Source: Bacteroidota bacterium (GTDB lineage: Bacteria > Bacteroidota > Bacteroidia > Chitinophagales > Chitinophagaceae). Taken from it: DNA of 64,000 nucleotides. The stretch covers positions 9,658 to 73,657 of the forward strand of contig CANHHX010000003.1 in the NCBI GenBank assembly GCA_947461125.1, written 5' to 3'. Positions 59,559 through 64,000 of this stretch are shown here, piece after piece. The stretch's first letter is position 1, and the number at the start of each line of letters is the position of its first letter. A program made the position numbers and the translations under genes. A model generated the notes under the pieces. The model ran no database searches and had not been told where the DNA came from. It worked only from the letters and a program-made list of their open reading frames with translations.

Positions 59559-62060
59559 TTACTCTTCTATGTAAATCCTTTTTACACGTGCATTAATGCC
59601 ACTCATCATTTCATACATATTGATACCTGACCATTTTGCAAGGGTTTCAATAGCTATATGTTCGCCAAAAATTTCTACCTCATCATCGATAGAAATATCT
59701 TTTAGTTCCGACACATCAATCATGGTCATATCCATACACACAAGCCCTACTACCGGACATAAAACGCCCTTAATATACATTTTGCCTACGCCATTACTAA
59801 AGCGTCTATCATACCCATCGGCATACCCAATACGAACGGTTGCAATATGGGTATCTTTTTCCATAATCGCTGCCCGCTCATAACCCACAGATGCACCAGC
59901 TGGCACTTGTCTAATTTGCGCAATAGTCGTTTTTAAGGTAGCCACTTTTCTAAACCCATTGTTTGCTGATGCACTTGTACCATACAGTCCAATGCCCACA
60001 CGCACCATATCTAATCTTGACGCTGGATGCCTTTGTACTGCATGAGAATTTGCAATATGCCTGATAAATGAATACCCGATAATTTCTTTTAGCGTGTTAC
60101 AAACCTTTTCAAATATAGCTACTTGAGCTATTGTATAGGCATCATGTTCCGGCGTATCACTCGCTACCAAATGACTCATCACCGATTTTACTACCATACA
60201 GTTATTGGCAATTAATTTTTGACCTAGTAAGGAGGCATCCGAGGGTTCAAAACCCAAGCGGTTCATCCCCGTATTTATTTTTAAGTGAACGCCATAGGAA
60301 CCAAGGCCTTGAATGTGTAAGAAAGAAGCAAAGGCCTCATACATTTCGAATGAATAAATTTCCGGTTCCAAGCCATACGCTACCATGGCTTCAAAACCCG
60401 CTGCATTGGGACTCATCACCATAATAGGCAAATGGATGCCAGCCCTACGTAATTCCACCCCTTCATCTACATAGGCTACGGCTAAATAATCAGTTTTTAC
60501 AGCAGCAAGGGTTCTTGCAACTTCGGCACTTCCGTTTCCGTATGAAAATGCTTTTACCACCGCCATTAATTTCGTAGACGACCCAATCGTATTTTGTATT
60601 TGCTTTACATTTTGGGCAAGCGCTGTTAAATTAATTTCGAGTACTGTTTCATGCATTTTTTGTTCTAGCCAATTTGCAATGCGTTCAAATTCAAAAATAC
60701 GTGCCCCTTTTAATAAAATAAATTCATTGGAAAAATCTTGTAATCGAAACTGTTGTAAAAATAACTCGGTGCTGTCAAAAAAATAAAGCGCTGTTGTCAC
60801 TCCCAAAAATTCTTTTTCAAAAACAGCTTGATTCTTTTTTATTTCAGGGCCAATCCCAATAAAACGCTTGAGGCCAAGGGCCGCAGCGTGCCTGGCCACT
60901 TTGCCATACAAGTCTTTGGAGCGCTGTCCTGTTTCTGAAAAATCAGATACAATAATACAAGCATCCCTTCCCGCAGACTGTGCTTGCAAATAAAACCCAG
61001 CAGCAACAAAAGAATCAAAGTCTAAATTATAGCTATCATTGATAAAAGTGCATCCATTCATTCCTTTTTTAAATTGCATGCGCATATCAACAGCTGTGAG
61101 CAGCTTCATACGTTCAGCAATAAAACTGAAATTTTTACCAATTGCGAGTAACGTAAGTATACAAAGCAAAGCGTTTTCAACAGATGCCTTATCTGTAAAT
61201 GGAACCTCAACCCTATAGTTCTCACTTTGATAGCAGAGTTCTAATTCGGTAGTATTACCTTTATTGATTTCACTTGTAACAACAAGCGTTGCTGGCGCTG
61301 TTCTACTCCAAGAATAAAAGGAAGTTAGCGCACCTTCCCATATAGAAGGGCGCGCTTCTATATCAATCCCTTGAAGCTGATCTTTTCCGTAAATTAAAGT
61401 GTCAACCGTTTCAAATAACCGAAGCTTTTCCTTTATTTTTTCAGTTATGTCTTTGAACCCTTCTGCATGCGCAGGGCCCATATGGGTTAACACCCCAATT
61501 GTAGGTTTAATGATTGGAGTTAAATGCTCCATTTCATGCGTGGTAGAAATACCCGCTTCAAAAATGGCCAATTCATGTGCGTCCTCCAATTTCCAAACAC
61601 TAAGCGGCACACCAATTTGAGAATTAAAACTGCGCGGGCTTCTAACAATATTAAAACTTGAATGCAAGAGCTGATACAGCCATTCTTTAACGGTGGTTTT
61701 GCCATTACTACCAGTAATGCCAATAACAGGAATATTAAATCGAGAACGGTGATGGGCTGCAATTTTTTGTAGGGCCATTAAACAATTAGATACCTCAAAA
61801 AAAATAGCCTCCGTGCAATAGGATTTGATTTTTGATAGGTCTACCTGCTTATTCACAACAAAACATCGAACACCCTGATCATATAAACTTTCTATAAATT
61901 CATGTCCATCTCTACGCGGACCAGGTAATGCAAAAAATAAAGTTTGAGGTGCAAATACGAATCGTCTACTATCCGTCAAAAGCTGCTCCACCACATATCC
62001 ACTTGCCGCCATGTGCGGAAGTTCTAGTATGGTTGCAATTTCATTTGCCGTGTATTTCAT
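59559..62060 (-). CDS. alr: Bifunctional MurF ligase / alanine racemase
   Basis: DSRR, GITGSNGKTT, SFNSQIG, NDSYN (Mur ligase); AVVKAFSYG, TGMNRLG, IGYADG, VCMDM (Alr); start at 62060. Confidence 0.94.
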   Translation of the reverse strand: MKYTANEIATILELPHMAASGYVVEQLLTDSRRFVFAPQTLFFALPGPRRDGHEFIESLYDQGVRCFVVNKQVDLSKIKSYCTEAIFFEVSNCLMALQKIAAHHRSRFNIPVIGITGSNGKTTVKEWLYQLLHSSFNIVRSPRSFNSQIGVPLSVWKLEDAHELAIFEAGISTTHEMEHLTPIIKPTIGVLTHMGPAHAEGFKDITEKIKEKLRLFETVDTLIYGKDQLQGIDIEARPSIWEGALTSFYSWSRTAPATLVVTSEINKGNTTELELCYQSENYRVEVPFTDKASVENALLCILTLLAIGKNFSFIAERMKLLTAVDMRMQFKKGMNGCTFINDSYNLDFDSFVAAGFYLQAQSAGRDACIIVSDFSETGQRSKDLYGKVARHAAALGLKRFIGIGPEIKKNQAVFEKEFLGVTTALYFFDSTELFLQQFRLQDFSNEFILLKGARIFEFERIANWLEQKMHETVLEINLTALAQNVKQIQNTIGSSTKLMAVVKAFSYGNGSAEVARTLAAVKTDYLAVAYVDEGVELRRAGIHLPIMVMSPNAAGFEAMVAYGLEPEIYSFEMYEAFASFLHIQGLGSYGVHLKINTGMNRLGFEPSDASLLGQKLIANNCMVVKSVMSHLVASDTPEHDAYTIAQVAIFEKVCNTLKEIIGYSFIRHIANSHAVQRHPASRLDMVRVGIGLYGTSASANNGFRKVATLKTTIAQIRQVPAGASVGYERAAIMEKDTHIATVRIGYADGYDRRFSNGVGKMYIKGVLCPVVGLVCMDMTMIDVSELKDISIDDEVEIFGEHIAIETLAKWSGINMYEMMSGINARVKRIYIEE

Positions 62061-62068
62061 GAAGTAGA

Positions 62069-63808
62069 TTATGCGTATTTTCTCTTTCGCCAAAATGAAA
62101 CAAGGATCCCAATCAATAACAATAATAGAATAGGTCCTATAGTAGCTACTACTTGCCAGATTGTTTTTTGATCTGCTACTTTTTGTTTGTCTAGTAAGCG
62201 TAATACCACTACTTTGTTTCTAGACTCAAATAAACCGTTGTCATTTACTAGATAATCAATGGCGTTTAGTAAAAAAGTTTTGTTGGCAAACTGAAACGCT
62301 TCAAAAGGTAGTTCCCCCATGGGAAGTGGGCCCGTTGTTTTTGTAACTGCATTGGTAACAATATCCGCGTCAGACACTACAATTTGCTTTGCTTCTTTAA
62401 TACCTTTTCGTAAAAAAGGAAGCCCTGTAAATCGCTGCACCGAGTCCATAACAGTAATGCCCAAATTATTGGCAAATAAAGAAGAAAATTTACCTTCTAA
62501 TAACACTGCTACTGGAATGTGACTTTTTGTAAACGTATATAAATCCGCTTCTGATTGTACACTATTTAAAGACACCATGGCCGGCGAAGCAATACTTCGA
62601 GAACTGGTATCGGTTGCAAGTAAAATTGTTTTTTTAATACCTGGCGCTTTAACGGTATCAATACTTGACGGAAAAATAGGCAGCACCCTATCCATATTTT
62701 TTGTAATTGGATTGTCGGAAGGGGTTGTTAAAAAAGGATAGTAAGGCCAAGGAATACGCTGCATGGTTGGCGAGCCATCTGGATTTTTGCCTACCACAAT
62801 GGGTAGTTTAGCGCAGTTTAAATCCTGCACCAAATCACCGTTAATGCGTACGCCGTATTTAAACAAAAGCGGATCAATATTTAGCCCTCTATCATAAGCG
62901 GTATAACCCGCTTGTGTGCGCATTAAACTATCCAACTCGGCGTGAAGTTTATCTACAAACCAAATAACTTTTCCGCCGTTTAAAATGTATTGGTCAATTT
63001 TTAATTGGTCTTCTTCTGAAAAAGGCGTTGTTGGCTTTACAATTAATAGCAAATCTATATTAGCAGCACTCGGGTAGCCTTCTTTTAAATCAAAAATGCC
63101 AAGGTTATAATCGTTTCTTAATGTTTCTGCTAGATCGCTCACCGTTAAATCGGTGGGCTGACCATTCCCTACTAAGTAAGCAACAGTAGGATAACTTGTT
63201 TTAGTGGCCTTATCTATGGCTGCCGCAAATTTATATTCCAAAAGTGCTTCTGCTGCATTGCGGGTAGCTTCTTTGTCTTCCTTGGGTTCTACGGCTTCAA
63301 TTACGTTGTAACTAGAAAATATTTTTTTGCTGCTTCTAAGATCTACAACAACAGGCGCTCTATTCCCATACCTTACAAGTGCGGAGGGCACAATAAGTTG
63401 AGAAGTTGATTTTTCGATACCCTCGTTTATAGCTGTTCTTTCAAATACTACACCAAGCGCAGCAAGGCTATCATATAATTTAACTTTTGCAGCTTCGTCC
63501 GTAATATCACTTCCAGCTTCAATAAATGAAACTTGAATAGAATTTGTTGTGGAGGATGAAAATGTCTCTAAGATTTCGGCAGTAGCGATGTTTAGTTTTT
63601 TATAATCAGCAGGCAAATCTCCAGTTAAAAAAACCTCTACAGTAATAGCACTATCCAGTTTTTTATCTAGCAATTTCTTAGTGGCGTCACTTAGGCTATA
63701 ACGCTTTTCAGCAGTGAGGTCTAGGCTTCCATGCAACCATGCATTGGAGGCATAAATGATAGCAACCAAGAAGCATCCTACAATAATATTTGAATATTTT
63801 TGAAACAT
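62069..63808 (-). CDS. gldG: Gliding motility ABC transporter auxiliary component GldG
   Basis: DLTAEKRYSLS, LEYKF, LKIDQYILNGG, LFKYGVRIN, NKTFLLNAIDYL; C-terminal TM. Confidence 0.92.
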   Translation of the reverse strand: MFQKYSNIIVGCFLVAIIYASNAWLHGSLDLTAEKRYSLSDATKKLLDKKLDSAITVEVFLTGDLPADYKKLNIATAEILETFSSSTTNSIQVSFIEAGSDITDEAAKVKLYDSLAALGVVFERTAINEGIEKSTSQLIVPSALVRYGNRAPVVVDLRSSKKIFSSYNVIEAVEPKEDKEATRNAAEALLEYKFAAAIDKATKTSYPTVAYLVGNGQPTDLTVSDLAETLRNDYNLGIFDLKEGYPSAANIDLLLIVKPTTPFSEEDQLKIDQYILNGGKVIWFVDKLHAELDSLMRTQAGYTAYDRGLNIDPLLFKYGVRINGDLVQDLNCAKLPIVVGKNPDGSPTMQRIPWPYYPFLTTPSDNPITKNMDRVLPIFPSSIDTVKAPGIKKTILLATDTSSRSIASPAMVSLNSVQSEADLYTFTKSHIPVAVLLEGKFSSLFANNLGITVMDSVQRFTGLPFLRKGIKEAKQIVVSDADIVTNAVTKTTGPLPMGELPFEAFQFANKTFLLNAIDYLVNDNGLFESRNKVVVLRLLDKQKVADQKTIWQVVATIGPILLLLLIGILVSFWRKRKYA

Positions 63809-63823
63809 ACTTTTCAGATGCAG

Positions 63824-64000
63824 TTAGCGCTTAATAATATTTTGCTTGGTGATATACAAACAAGTATAGGTGACAGCCAAAAAATATATGATGTCATCTA
63901 TTCTAATAACACCTCTACTCATACTTTTGTAATGAAACTTTATACCCAGTACTTCAATGAAGTACCCTAGTTTTCCTTCAAGAAATGAAAGCTTACTTAC
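63824..64000 (-). CDS. gldF: Gliding motility ABC permease GldF (C-terminal fragment)
   Basis: Manual translation: VSKLSFLEGKLGYFIEVLGIKFHYKSMSRGVIRIDDIIYFLAVTY...KR*; directly upstream of gldG. Confidence 0.88.
   Translation of the reverse strand, partial: VSKLSFLEGKLGYFIEVLGIKFHYKSMSRGVIRIDDIIYFLAVTYTCLYITKQNIIKR

Noticed and set aside
59559-62060. MurF-Alr fusion as a novelty
   Set aside because: Well-known Bacteroidota feature.
1747-62522. Numerous 60-180 aa ORFs nested in or antisense to annotated genes
   Set aside because: Shadow frames of conserved genes with no independent motifs or expression signals.

Overview
AT-rich, tightly packed chromosomal window from a Bacteroidota genome, most likely Chitinophagaceae-like. 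The assignment is inferred from SusC, GldF/GldG, a T9SS type-B cargo protein, a MurF-Alr fusion, TAnnTTTG promoters and signal peptides cleaved before Gln. About 45 CDS are present, mostly housekeeping: folD, queE, dprA, guaB, lnt, glyA, uvrA, purQ, kup, metG, class II nrdJ, GGGP synthase, LytS/LytTR, dxs, scpA, frr, rbfA, ileS, lspA and murF-alr. I saw no rRNA, tRNA, CRISPR array, IS element or prophage. The best candidates for new biology are five. (1) A two-gene cassette at 38.4-40.9 kb encoding a small outer-membrane beta-barrel and an unknown lipoprotein with a possible pore-forming hairpin; the genes share upstream motifs and are followed by a long hairpin. (2) A split DsbD whose fused N-domain has lost its cysteines while a free upstream paralog keeps them. 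(3) A DksA/TraR protein with a ~240-aa histone-H1-like PAKK tail. (4) Several apparently leaderless genes. (5) DnaA-box and palindrome arrays upstream of nrdJ and uvrA. All calls come from reading sequence and motifs; no database searches were run.
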